A DNA stretch of 64,000 bases from an uncultured candidate division Zixibacteria bacterium (lineage in GTDB: Bacteria; Zixibacteria; MSB-5A5; GN15; PGXB01), in NCBI GenBank assembly GCA_963702205.1, contig OY969724.1:1248001-1312000 (forward strand), given 5' to 3'. Both the position numbers and the translations under genes were made by a program. The first letter of the stretch is position 1; the number at the start of each line of letters is the position of its first letter. Of this stretch, positions 50,944 to 61,042 are shown in pieces. Below the pieces are notes generated by a model that worked only from the letters and a program-made list of their open reading frames with translations, made no database searches and was not told the DNA's origin.

Positions 50944-52261
50944 GGGAGTGTACGGAATTTTGTGTAAGCGGCCGGTTCATGTGTTTTCGATCCTTCCCTC
51001 GAAGACGATGCAGAAGTGATTAAGGGCCGCCACCCAGTCCTTGATCGGACGCTTCCATTTTTTCGAGATTCTTTGTATCGCCAGGTAGATCACCTTTCTG
51101 ACTGATTCCACCGTCGGGAACGAGCCGCGATTCCGCGTCACCTTGCGCAACTGAGCATTCATCGACTCGATGGCGTTGGTCGTATAGATAACCTTTCGAA
51201 TCTCTTTGGGGTAGCTAAAAAACGGGATGATGTTCATCCAGCAGGACCGCCATGAGCGGGCGATCTGCGGGAAACGGTCCCGGTATGTGGCCTCGAACGC
51301 CGTCAGGGCCTGCTCGGCGGCTTCTTCGTTGGGCGCCGAGTAGATCGTCTTGAGATCGGCCGCGACCGCCTTGCGCTCTTTCCAACCGACATACTTCAGC
51401 GAGTTGCGCACCATGTGCACGAGACATAACTGCACCTGGGTCTGCGGAAAGGCCGTCTCAATCGCATCAGGGAACCCCGTCAGACCATCGACACAGGCAA
51501 TCAGGATGTCCCGAACGCCCCGGTTCTTAAGCTCCGTCAGCACCGACAGCCAGAACTTCGAACCCTCCTGATCGCCGACCCACAAACCCAAGAGTTCCTT
51601 GTAACCCTCCGGCGTGATCCCCAAGGCCAAATAGACCGCCTGGTTTTTGACCTGGCCGCTCTGACGAAGCTTCAGGTGGATGGCGTCCAGATAGACGATC
51701 GGGTAGACCGCCTCCAGCGGCCGACTCTGCCACACCGTCACCTCCTGAAGCACGGCGTCCGTCACCGCCGAAATCAAGGCCGGGGAAACCTCCGACTGGT
51801 ACATCTCCTCAAGATGACCCTGGATATCCCGCGTCGTCAAACCCCGAGCGTACAGCGCCAACACCTTGTCGTCGAAACCGGGCAGGCGCCGCTGGTGCTT
51901 TTTAACCAACTGCGGCTCGAACTCGCCGTTCCGGTCCCGCGGAATCTCCAGCGTAACATCTGCCGACCCGGTCTTGACCGTCTTGCTGGTTTTGCCGTTG
52001 CGAGAGTTGCCGCTGTTTTTGCCTTCGGGAGCATTGGGCGGATAGCCCAAGTGATGCGTCATCTCACCTGCGAGGGCGCGCTCATACACCCGTTTCGTGA
52101 GCGCCTGCAGAAGACCGCCCTCACCCACTATCTCTTCCGGCGTCTTGCCGGCGATCATCTCGTCGATCAGTTTGTCAGCTTCGTCACGTTTCTTGGCCAT
52201 GATATACCTCCTTCAACTATATATACGTCATGGCCACTTACACAAAAATATTTACACGCGC
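50944..52261 (-). mobile_element. IS256-family element, copy 2 (1318 bp, no TSD)
   Basis: Same ends and same transposase as copy 1; flanks AGTGAAGT and GGTTTTTG do not match. Confidence 0.95.
50977..52200 (-). CDS. IS256 transposase
   Basis: Translation identical to 43064-44287. Confidence 0.96.
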   Translation of the reverse strand: MAKKRDEADKLIDEMIAGKTPEEIVGEGGLLQALTKRVYERALAGEMTHHLGYPPNAPEGKNSGNSRNGKTSKTVKTGSADVTLEIPRDRNGEFEPQLVKKHQRRLPGFDDKVLALYARGLTTRDIQGHLEEMYQSEVSPALISAVTDAVLQEVTVWQSRPLEAVYPIVYLDAIHLKLRQSGQVKNQAVYLALGITPEGYKELLGLWVGDQEGSKFWLSVLTELKNRGVRDILIACVDGLTGFPDAIETAFPQTQVQLCLVHMVRNSLKYVGWKERKAVAADLKTIYSAPNEEAAEQALTAFEATYRDRFPQIARSWRSCWMNIIPFFSYPKEIRKVIYTTNAIESMNAQLRKVTRNRGSFPTVESVRKVIYLAIQRISKKWKRPIKDWVAALNHFCIVFEGRIENT

Positions 52262-52383
52262 GGTTTTTGTGCGAAATTTATATTGCCGCTGATTGTCATG
52301 CATCTTAGTTTAAACCAAACTTGTTCAACTTTTTCACCTTGATTTGCCAAATTTCGCTGATTACCGGATTAGCGGGAGGAATT

Positions 52384-52851
52384 ATGACCGGTGAATTATC
52401 AACTTCAAAATATGATAGCCATTTTGCCGGATTGGGTCGACGCTTCTTGGCGCTTGTCGTTGATTTAGTAATTTTAAGCCTTGTCTTTTTCCCGGTGACA
52501 AGACTCGTTAAGGGCGTCTGGCTGATGAGCGGCGGGGAACATACCTGGAGCTATGGCTGGTTTATAACCGATCCGCTTTGCCTGGCATTTTTGGCCGTGA
52601 TGTTTTTCTATTTCGTCCTTCTTGAGGGTCTATTGGGAGCAACGATTGGCAAGAAAATTATTGGGTTGCGGGTTGTTAGTGCAGATGGAAAATCGTGTGG
52701 GCTTAAACGATCATTTGTTAGAAATATTCTCAGAATAGTCGATGCTCTGCCGGCGCTTAATATCCTCGGTGTTGTGTTGATTGTCACGTCACCGGAAAAA
52801 GCCCGTTTTGGCGACCGTGTTGCCCGGACGAGAGTGGTAGTCATCGATTAG
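52384..52851 (+). CDS. RDD family protein
   Basis: AGLGRRFLALVVD, GATIGKKIIGLRVV, RFGDRVARTRVV; GGAGG RBS. Confidence 0.88.
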   Translation: MTGELSTSKYDSHFAGLGRRFLALVVDLVILSLVFFPVTRLVKGVWLMSGGEHTWSYGWFITDPLCLAFLAVMFFYFVLLEGLLGATIGKKIIGLRVVSADGKSCGLKRSFVRNILRIVDALPALNILGVVLIVTSPEKARFGDRVARTRVVVID

Positions 52852-52854
52852 ACG

Positions 52855-54078
52855 TCAATGCCTCTGCACCCACCGTGCACTCGCGACCGGGCGGGGGCCG
52901 TCTTCGTACTTATAGCTTATCAAATACAAAATGTCCAAAAGATTGTATGAGGCATCGCCGTTGATATTGGCGCGCCAGATCGGCCAGCGCGGAGCGTGAT
53001 CTCCTTCGTATATCCACCCGATCAGCCCCAGAATATCCAGCAGATTTACGTTATAGTCTCCATTGAAATCGCCGGGAAGATAATTGAAGTCCATTGTCAG
53101 CGGATTATCCCCGGCCGCGTATTTCTGCAGATACGTTCCCGAGGAATCGATCACCCTGATGGTATCGTCGAAGCTGGCGGTAAAACAGGTCGTGTCCTGA
53201 AACATACACAGACCGTACGTGTTGACGCCGACCGTCAAAGGATTGTCGCTGTTGTGATAGACTTCGTGCGTTGCGGCGTTATACGTAAACACCCGGCTGT
53301 TGAAAGTCCAGTCCGGGGCGCTGACATAGGCGATATTGTCCGGTCCGATGCTCAACTGGGCCGGATAACCGCCGACCGGGAACGACGATACCACGGCCTC
53401 ATCGACCGGGTCGATAATGTTGATTCGCCCGGTAGCGGATGAATAGTCTCCGGTGCAGACGACGTGCACGAACCCGGAATCATCGAGCACCAGCATTTGC
53501 GGATTAAGATCGGTGTTGATGGTATTGACGACGGTGCCAAGTGTAATGTCGATAACCGAGACGGTCCCCGGATCATAGCCTCCGGTCGAGAAATTATAGG
53601 CGCTGTTGGCGACAAAGATTTTACCGTCGGTGACCACCAGACCCTCCGGCCCGTTGCCGACCGGAATTTCATATAGCGCCGATTTGTTGATGACATCCAC
53701 GAGTGCCACGGAATTATTGAAAAGCAAAGACACATAAACAAACTGCGAATCGAGAAAGTCCATCCAGTATGGGTTCGAAACCGGCGGCATTGCAATAAAA
53801 CCCACCGTGCTTTCCGAATTAAGATCGATTATCTGAATTTCATTCGTGCCTGAGGCCACTACATAAGCCAATGTATCGCGTACGACAATCTGGTAGGGGT
53901 ACGATGCAATATCGGAGCCGAGAGTAATTATGTCGTTGTCGACCGTGCCGTCGGCCAGATTGATTTTCGACAGGGTTTCGCCCGATGTATTGACCACATA
54001 GGCGCACGGGTCCACCGCATACAAGCTGCAAGCCAACAACGAAAGCAGAATAGTGGTGATATATATTTTATTTTTCAT
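52855..54078 (-). CDS. YncE/BtuG-like beta-propeller with dockerin-like C-terminus
   Basis: Signal peptide; IPVGNGPEGL..IFVANS, GTVSVID repeats; PGDFNGDYNVNLLDIL...NINGDASYNLLDILY. Confidence 0.8.
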   Translation of the reverse strand: MKNKIYITTILLSLLACSLYAVDPCAYVVNTSGETLSKINLADGTVDNDIITLGSDIASYPYQIVVRDTLAYVVASGTNEIQIIDLNSESTVGFIAMPPVSNPYWMDFLDSQFVYVSLLFNNSVALVDVINKSALYEIPVGNGPEGLVVTDGKIFVANSAYNFSTGGYDPGTVSVIDITLGTVVNTINTDLNPQMLVLDDSGFVHVVCTGDYSSATGRINIIDPVDEAVVSSFPVGGYPAQLSIGPDNIAYVSAPDWTFNSRVFTYNAATHEVYHNSDNPLTVGVNTYGLCMFQDTTCFTASFDDTIRVIDSSGTYLQKYAAGDNPLTMDFNYLPGDFNGDYNVNLLDILGLIGWIYEGDHAPRWPIWRANINGDASYNLLDILYLISYKYEDGPRPVASARWVQRH

Positions 54079-54097
54079 GCTGCATTTCTCCATGATG

Positions 54098-56380
54098 TTA
54101 AGGTGCATATTTTACTCCGCACGATATCCCCCACGAATATCCCGGCATGGGGTAGTGAGCTATCAATACGTAATTTTCATCGCGAATATTGTTAAAGTTC
54201 AAGTCGATCTCGAACGTCCAGCCCTTTTTTAATTCGTACTTGCCACCGAGTCGGGCATTGTCCACGCGATAGGCGTCATAGTACTTCGTGGCTGCTTCAT
54301 TGGTAAAGGCTCGACCGGATTTGCGACTGGTGTATGATCCATAAAGATAATCGAAATCAAATGATACGGAATATGACGAAATATATCGCGGCGAGAACGG
54401 CAGGTCTTTATCGTACGTGTTATGCCCCGGCGTTTTATTGAGCGGCGTCGTGCCGGTGTTCTTATAATCCAGTTTAATGTGATCGTTAAACAAGCCGACG
54501 GCGACAAAGTCATCGCGCCCGGTGATGCGAGCGGAATTGCGATTGACCGGCCGCCAGCCGCCATAAAGCGGCATCCAGACGATAATGTCTTCGATCGTGT
54601 TTTCAAACAAGGTCACGCCCGACGACAGGTGCAGCACTCTGTTCTCATACGAGAATTTAAACCCGAATTCGTACTGTTCGGATTTTTCCGGCTTCAAGCC
54701 GGGATTGCCGCCCGAGACGGCATCTCCCTGCCAGAACAAAGCATTAATCGGAGGGATTTTTAGAGACCGTCCATAAGACGAGGATAAGTTATAAGCGAGT
54801 GCGCCGCTTTTGCCGACCGCCACAGACAGCCGGGGAGACAAATATTCGGTGCCATTAGTCGTGACCGTATCACGCACCGACGTCGAGTCTTTGATGGTGC
54901 GAGTGATATCATAGCGCATCGCGCCACCGATGGAAGCACGGTCGACGAGGCCGTACAACGGTATCGTAAACGACCGCGATGACGATAAGTACACACCGTA
55001 ATTGTTTCGGGTCGACTGATTCATGGAAAAGCGTGGAGCGTAGAAATCCTTATGGTCGAGAAATTCGTAGCGCACCTGTCCACCGACCTGTGTCTCGATA
55101 CGACCCGGCAGCAAGAGCTTATGCAAATAGTGCAGGTCGTAAATGTCATCAATATAGCGGTTGTCGAACCGTACCGGGGGAGGCAGGTTGATGTCGGGCT
55201 CGGCAAATTGCTGCTCCAACCGAGTATATCCGGCGGTAAGTCGGGCGCCGTGCGATGCTCCTCCGGTCAAATCCAACGTGGCCGTACCTGTCAATCGCCG
55301 GTCAAGACCATAAGCAGTCAGGCTCGGCTGCGATGCCGCGCCGGGCAGGCCGTGACGATCGCGATAGTACTGCCCGGAAAATCCTATCGACCGGCTTTTT
55401 GATAATTGATATTGTCCCGACAGGAAGTAATCGTACTTATCATAGCCGTTGTTGGCCCTTTGTCCCTGATATACTTTATTCTGCGGTTGCACGGCGTATG
55501 AGTAAGGAAAAGCACCGTCGGATTGTGATTTCGTGAACGAAAGTTTGGTGGACAGCCGGTCATCGAGCCAATCGCTTTGTAGTCCGGCTTTGTACTTATC
55601 GGAGGCCCATGAGCCCCAATCGCGGCTGAAGGAAGCGTTCGAGGCCCGAACCAGCGCCGGGCTTTGCGTAATAATATTAATTGCACCGGATAAGGCATCG
55701 GGGCCGTAGACGGCCGAGGCCCCGCCTTTGATGATTTCGATCCGTTCCACCATATCCAGCGGGATGCTGCTTAGGTCGGCCGAACCATCGGACGGCCCGT
55801 TGATCCGTTGACCGTCGAGCAAAACCAGCACGTCGCTTGATTTGCTTCCCCGGATTTTTACTTCGGAGCGGCTCCCCGACGGCCCGGCGGTTTCTATTTG
55901 CACCCCGTCGACATCAGCGAGAAGATCGGCCAGTGATGAAGCGTGCGATTCGTCGATGGCTCGTTTGTCGATAATGGTCGCACCGACGTCGGACATTTTG
56001 ATTCTTTCACCGTACACTTTTAAAGAGGGCAATATATAAACGACCGGTTCCAGTTCGATATCAATGCGAACGGGCATGTCCGGGGAGATTTCAATATTGT
56101 CGGTTCGACAGGCTTTATATCCAACCGACGAAACGACAAGATCGTACTTCCCGGCCGGGACATTTTCCAGATTGAAATTGCCTTGATTGTCTGATAAGGT
56201 CCCGAACTCGGTCTTAGCGAGCGAAATGGTGGCGGCTATCACGGGCAGACCGGATGTAATGTCGCTGACGCTGCCCTCGATTTTTGTATTGGATGCCGCC
56301 CGGACGGCAGGTCCCATACCAAAAACCAAAAGAGCCAAATTGCAAAATATTGCCAGTGAAAGACTTTTACCAATTGCCAT
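54098..56380 (-). CDS. TonB-dependent receptor (BtuB-like)
   Basis: CarboxypepD_reg-like N-terminus; plug IRGS..VLVLLDG..ERIEIIKGGASAVYG; GNPGLKPE; YPMPG. Follows a B12 riboswitch. Confidence 0.9.
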   Translation of the reverse strand: MAIGKSLSLAIFCNLALLVFGMGPAVRAASNTKIEGSVSDITSGLPVIAATISLAKTEFGTLSDNQGNFNLENVPAGKYDLVVSSVGYKACRTDNIEISPDMPVRIDIELEPVVYILPSLKVYGERIKMSDVGATIIDKRAIDESHASSLADLLADVDGVQIETAGPSGSRSEVKIRGSKSSDVLVLLDGQRINGPSDGSADLSSIPLDMVERIEIIKGGASAVYGPDALSGAINIITQSPALVRASNASFSRDWGSWASDKYKAGLQSDWLDDRLSTKLSFTKSQSDGAFPYSYAVQPQNKVYQGQRANNGYDKYDYFLSGQYQLSKSRSIGFSGQYYRDRHGLPGAASQPSLTAYGLDRRLTGTATLDLTGGASHGARLTAGYTRLEQQFAEPDINLPPPVRFDNRYIDDIYDLHYLHKLLLPGRIETQVGGQVRYEFLDHKDFYAPRFSMNQSTRNNYGVYLSSSRSFTIPLYGLVDRASIGGAMRYDITRTIKDSTSVRDTVTTNGTEYLSPRLSVAVGKSGALAYNLSSSYGRSLKIPPINALFWQGDAVSGGNPGLKPEKSEQYEFGFKFSYENRVLHLSSGVTLFENTIEDIIVWMPLYGGWRPVNRNSARITGRDDFVAVGLFNDHIKLDYKNTGTTPLNKTPGHNTYDKDLPFSPRYISSYSVSFDFDYLYGSYTSRKSGRAFTNEAATKYYDAYRVDNARLGGKYELKKGWTFEIDLNFNNIRDENYVLIAHYPMPGYSWGISCGVKYAP

Positions 56381-56523
56381 ATTCGACCGCAATCCCGTCG
56401 CGCGCGTTCGAGCATAGCGGAGCGATGGCCGAAAAATAAGCCGCACAATCAACTCCGCGAGTTGCCGGCGGCGCGTCCGATAGTTTCCGGTCAGCCCGCG
56501 CTGACGGCAACGGCTTCGATTTT

Positions 56524-56695
<172 letters not shown>

Positions 56696-56795
56696 ACCAA
56701 TTATAAATTATGGATATGTGGTTAGTCAAGATTGAAATTAAAAAAATAACCGCCCGAGAATTCAGGCGGCTATAAATAAAGATATGACCGAGCGA

Positions 56796-57212
56796 TTAAG
56801 AGACTTTTTCTCTTTCGTAGGCCGGAGGTTTGGAATAATTATCCGGAGGCGGGTAGCTGCCGGACGTAAATCCCAAAAGACCGATGGCGACGAGGTTAAT
56901 AAACGGGATAATCACCAAAAATCCCCATATGGGTGATTTTCCGCAGTTCTTGGCGGTTTCCATCCAAAGCCAGGCAATGGCGACGACGTTGACAAACGGG
57001 ATCAGACAGATAAAAAACCACCAGAGTGGTTTGTTGGCCAATTGGATAAGCTGAACGAAGTTGAGGATCGGAATGAATGAGTACCAAGGGTTGCTGTGGC
57101 CAATCTGTTTGGCGATTTTGTATTGAGCAAAGCCGAAATAAAACCAGAGACCCAAAAGTATCAGCCAGAAAAACAGGCCGAAGGCTCCGCTCGAGTAACC
57201 GGGATCGTACAT
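56796..57212 (-). CDS. DUF5684-like membrane protein
   Basis: PWYSFIPILN, KPLWWFF, LIPFVN. Confidence 0.75.
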   Translation of the reverse strand: MYDPGYSSGAFGLFFWLILLGLWFYFGFAQYKIAKQIGHSNPWYSFIPILNFVQLIQLANKPLWWFFICLIPFVNVVAIAWLWMETAKNCGKSPIWGFLVIIPFINLVAIGLLGFTSGSYPPPDNYSKPPAYEREKVS

Positions 57213-57535
57213 AATGTCCTCCAGGTTTGGTTCTTGTTGAAAACGACGCCAGGGGGTCGTCGATGCTTTTAATAGTTATCGACATCGGGCTAAGGTCTCA
57301 TTAGTAATAAACCAAATCCATCCAAAGCGAATTGTTCAAGATTTGCACAGTGAAATTTGGAAGGTCTTTTAAGTATCGCAATTTCGGTCGTTTAGGGGTC
57401 AGCAAAACGCCGATTTTGCCGACATTTATATGAAAAGAAGTATATCGGAGTAAACTTGGACGCTTTCAATGCCCGTGGAATTTTGAAATTGCCGTCTTTT
57501 TACATATTAATAAGCTGGGGCTGAACGGAAGAATT

Positions 57536-60280
57536 ATGTTCCAATCGCTCAGGGATGTCTCCATTGACAAAAAGCTAACCCTGTTGGTTCTGACTTTTTC
57601 GGGGATGATACTGCTTCTGGCGTGTATTGTTTTCATCATTTATGACTACAATAACCTACGCTCTGAAATGGTCGGAAAGACGTGCGACCTGGCGACGATT
57701 GTCGGCAGCAATACCCTGGACGAACTCGAGAATGAGGATGCCGCTGCGGCCCAAAGGGAGCTTTCCTGGCTGAAAATCGAAACCAATATCAAGGCGGCCG
57801 TGCTGTATGACGACAAAGACAGAGCGATGGCGTGGTTTGGACTCGATGCCAAAGACCCGGCTTTGTTCGCCCCCATTCATGAAAATGGGGAGTATTTCGA
57901 TGATGAATATCTTACTGTTTACAAACCGCTGACGAGCAATGGCAAATCAGAAGGACTTCTATATATTCGCGCCAGCCTGGACGATCTGAATAAACAGCTC
58001 ATAGGTCAACTGAATATTACCATCGCCTTTCTTGTTATCGGATTGATTTCAGCCTTATTGGTAGCCTATCTCATTCGACGTCTGGTCACGCGCCCTATCG
58101 TGGAATTATCGTCGATGGCCCGGGCCATATCCGAAAGCCAGGACTACTCCATTCGAGCCCCTAAGAAAAATAACGATGAGATTGGACTTCTCGTACACAG
58201 TTTCAACGATATGCTGTCACAAATACAGGAGCGCGATTCCGAACTGATACGTGCGCAGAAAGTGGTCGCCGAATGGGCTGAAAAACTCAACGAGGAGCTC
58301 TCCGTCCGGCGTCGCACCGAGGAAGCACTGCGCGAGAAGGAAACGAAATATCGGACCTTGTTCAATATGGCCGAAGACGCCATATTTTTAATGACGGGCG
58401 ACAAGTTCATAGATTGCAATGAATCGACGCTTCGCGTCTTTAGATGTGACCGCGAACGAATTATAGGGCAGCCGCCGTATAAATTCTCTCCGGAATTCCA
58501 GCCCGATGGTCGCCAGTCGAAGGAAAAGGCCCTGGAAAAAATCAAAGCTACTCTCGCCGGCAAACCACAATCTTTCGAGTGGACTCATTGCCATTGCGAT
58601 GGTACTCCATTTGACGCTGAAGTCAGTCTGAACCGCATGGAACTCGAAGGCGAAGAATTTTTGCTGGCGATCGTGAGGGACGTTACGGAAAGGAACGCCG
58701 CCGAAAAGGCCATAAAAAACAGCGCCGATATTTTAAGGTCGACTATCGAATCGACCGCCGACGGTATCCTGGTGGTGAATGATCAGGGCCAAACCGTCTA
58801 TGCCAATAAGAAATTCGCGCAGATGTGGCGCATACCGCAGGATCTTATGGATACGCATGACGATGAAAAATTCCTGGCTTTCGTGCTGGACCAGTTGCAG
58901 GATCCACAGCTTTTCATTGATAAAGTGCATCGTCTTTATAAATCCCATGAAATTGATATCGATACGCTGTACTTCAAGGACGAACGGGTTTTCGACCGCT
59001 ATTCCTGCCCTCTGATACGAGACGGGGAAATCGGCGGACGCGTGTGGAGTTTCCGCGACGTTACGGAGAAGGTGCAGTCCGAACGGCAGAAAAATCAATT
59101 GAAGGAAAAACTTGAACGGGCTCGTCGTATGGAATCCCTGGGGATTCTGGCCGGCGGTGTCGCCCATGACCTCAACAATATGCTGGGTCCCCTGGTGGGA
59201 TATCCCGAATTGATATTGAGAAAGCTGCCCGAAGACAGCCCGGTCCGCCAGCAAATAATCCGCATGGGTCGGTCGGCCAAAGATGCCGCCGACGTCATAC
59301 AGGATTTATTGTCTTTGGCCCGCCGGGGGCGGTACGAAATGGAGCCGCTCGACCTGAATAATGTTATTCGGGGTTATCTCGATTCTCATGCCGCCGCCAA
59401 AATGATTGAGAATAGCCCTAATATAAAACTAAATGTCAATCTTGATGACGAAAACTGTCTGATTTTGGGTTCGTCAGTGCATTTATCCAAAGCCATCATG
59501 AACCTGATCGTCAATGCTTTCGATGCCCTGTCGGAAGGCGGCCAGGTAAGCATTACCACCAACCACGAACACCTGACACACTTGCGCGGCGGACACGACC
59601 GAATCTCTCCGGGTGAATATATCGTTTTCAGCGTCAAGGATAACGGTCCGGGAATCGACAAGGCCGACCTGGAAAAAATTTTCGAGCCGTACTATTCCAA
59701 GAAAAAAATGGGGACCAGCGGCAGCGGCCTGGGTCTTTCGGTCGTTTATGGGATTGTCAAAGATCACAGCGGCTATTACGACGTCTTTTCCAAACCCGGG
59801 GACGGGGCCGAGTTCGTATTGTACTTCCCGATAACAAACCGTGAAGCCATCCGGGCCGAGGAAATCGTTGATGATTTCAGCGGACACGAGAAACTGCTGG
59901 TGGTCGATGATTCTTTCGAGCAAAGAGAAGTCGCTACCGCCCTGCTGACGACCCTTGGCTACGACGTATCAGCCGTATCCGGCGGACGAGCGGCATTGGA
60001 ATATCTGAAAACCAACCTGGTCGATCTGGTCCTTCTCGACATGATTATGGAAAATGATTTCGACGGGCTCGATACCTATCGGGAAATTCTGAAAATTCAT
60101 TCCTCACAGAAGGCCGTAATAGTCAGCGGGTTTTCCGCCACCGACCGCGTGGAAAAGACGCTCGAACTGGGGGCCGGCCGATATATCAAAAAACCCTATA
60201 CCCGACAGGATATAGGTCGGGCCGTGCGCGAAACACTCGACGGTATTCCTCGCCAGATTCAAAAATCGGTTACCAGGTAA
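57536..60280 (+). CDS. Hybrid sensor histidine kinase (periplasmic sensor-HAMP-PAS-PAS-HisKA-HATPase-REC)
   Basis: DEIGLLVHSFNDM, LAGGVAHDLNNML, DNGPGI, GSGLGL, LLVVDD..LVLLDMIM. Confidence 0.93.
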   Translation: MFQSLRDVSIDKKLTLLVLTFSGMILLLACIVFIIYDYNNLRSEMVGKTCDLATIVGSNTLDELENEDAAAAQRELSWLKIETNIKAAVLYDDKDRAMAWFGLDAKDPALFAPIHENGEYFDDEYLTVYKPLTSNGKSEGLLYIRASLDDLNKQLIGQLNITIAFLVIGLISALLVAYLIRRLVTRPIVELSSMARAISESQDYSIRAPKKNNDEIGLLVHSFNDMLSQIQERDSELIRAQKVVAEWAEKLNEELSVRRRTEEALREKETKYRTLFNMAEDAIFLMTGDKFIDCNESTLRVFRCDRERIIGQPPYKFSPEFQPDGRQSKEKALEKIKATLAGKPQSFEWTHCHCDGTPFDAEVSLNRMELEGEEFLLAIVRDVTERNAAEKAIKNSADILRSTIESTADGILVVNDQGQTVYANKKFAQMWRIPQDLMDTHDDEKFLAFVLDQLQDPQLFIDKVHRLYKSHEIDIDTLYFKDERVFDRYSCPLIRDGEIGGRVWSFRDVTEKVQSERQKNQLKEKLERARRMESLGILAGGVAHDLNNMLGPLVGYPELILRKLPEDSPVRQQIIRMGRSAKDAADVIQDLLSLARRGRYEMEPLDLNNVIRGYLDSHAAAKMIENSPNIKLNVNLDDENCLILGSSVHLSKAIMNLIVNAFDALSEGGQVSITTNHEHLTHLRGGHDRISPGEYIVFSVKDNGPGIDKADLEKIFEPYYSKKKMGTSGSGLGLSVVYGIVKDHSGYYDVFSKPGDGAEFVLYFPITNREAIRAEEIVDDFSGHEKLLVVDDSFEQREVATALLTTLGYDVSAVSGGRAALEYLKTNLVDLVLLDMIMENDFDGLDTYREILKIHSSQKAVIVSGFSATDRVEKTLELGAGRYIKKPYTRQDIGRAVRETLDGIPRQIQKSVTR

Positions 60281-60481
60281 GAACCGTCCGAATCTTCAAG
60301 CAATCCTACCGGCTTCACTTGACAAATCATTTATCCTGGCTTTATTATTTCGCAATATTTGAAATGGAGCGATGTTTATTGGATCGTCTCGGAGCGCCAA
60401 CGCGGATTTTTTTATATCTTGATCGGGCGGGGCTGTTTTACATAAATTTGAATTATTATATTTGAAATAACGGAGCGTGCT

Positions 60482-61012
60482 ATGCCAACCAGAAGAGCCG
60501 GTGACATGATGATACCGCTGGAGAAATACCCTCACATTCCCCATTGGTTTACCCTTCGGCAGGCGGTGGCCGAAATAAAGAAATCGGAACTTGAGGTCGG
60601 GGGCCAAAAGTCGCTGCCCCGTTCGGTGCTCGTGTTCGACGAAAAATATCACCTGCTCGGTGTGGCCCGCCGTCGCGATATTCTCCGGGGGCTGGAACCG
60701 AACTTCCTCAAAACCATGCCGATGGCTCATCGCCGTCAACTGTTCGACATCGAAGCCGACCCGGATTTGACGGTCCTGTCCACGGGCCGGGTGGCTCAGG
60801 CGGTTCGGGAGCAGGCCGAGCAGCCGATAAGTGTCGTCATGCAGCCGATCACGGATACGGTCGAGTTTGACGACCATATCACGAAGATCATTTATAAAAT
60901 GATCAGCAAGGACCTGGACCTGTTGCCTGTGATGAAGGACAACAGAATCGCCGGGGTCGTGCGGTCGGTCGACGCCTTCAATGAGATCGCCGGCATTCTG
61001 CTCGAGGAATAA
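60482..61012 (+). CDS. CBS domain protein
   Basis: AGDMMIPLEKYP, LLPVMKDNRIAGVVR. Confidence 0.85.
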   Translation: MPTRRAGDMMIPLEKYPHIPHWFTLRQAVAEIKKSELEVGGQKSLPRSVLVFDEKYHLLGVARRRDILRGLEPNFLKTMPMAHRRQLFDIEADPDLTVLSTGRVAQAVREQAEQPISVVMQPITDTVEFDDHITKIIYKMISKDLDLLPVMKDNRIAGVVRSVDAFNEIAGILLEE

Positions 61013-61042
61013 TAACAGAGTGAACGTGAATTTTGGTGGACT

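Noticed and set aside
43031..52261. Composite transposon carrying the hdr/sdh operon
   Set aside because: Copy 1 has its own TSD inside a gene, and the outer flanks (CATGAATA vs GGTTTTTG) do not match.
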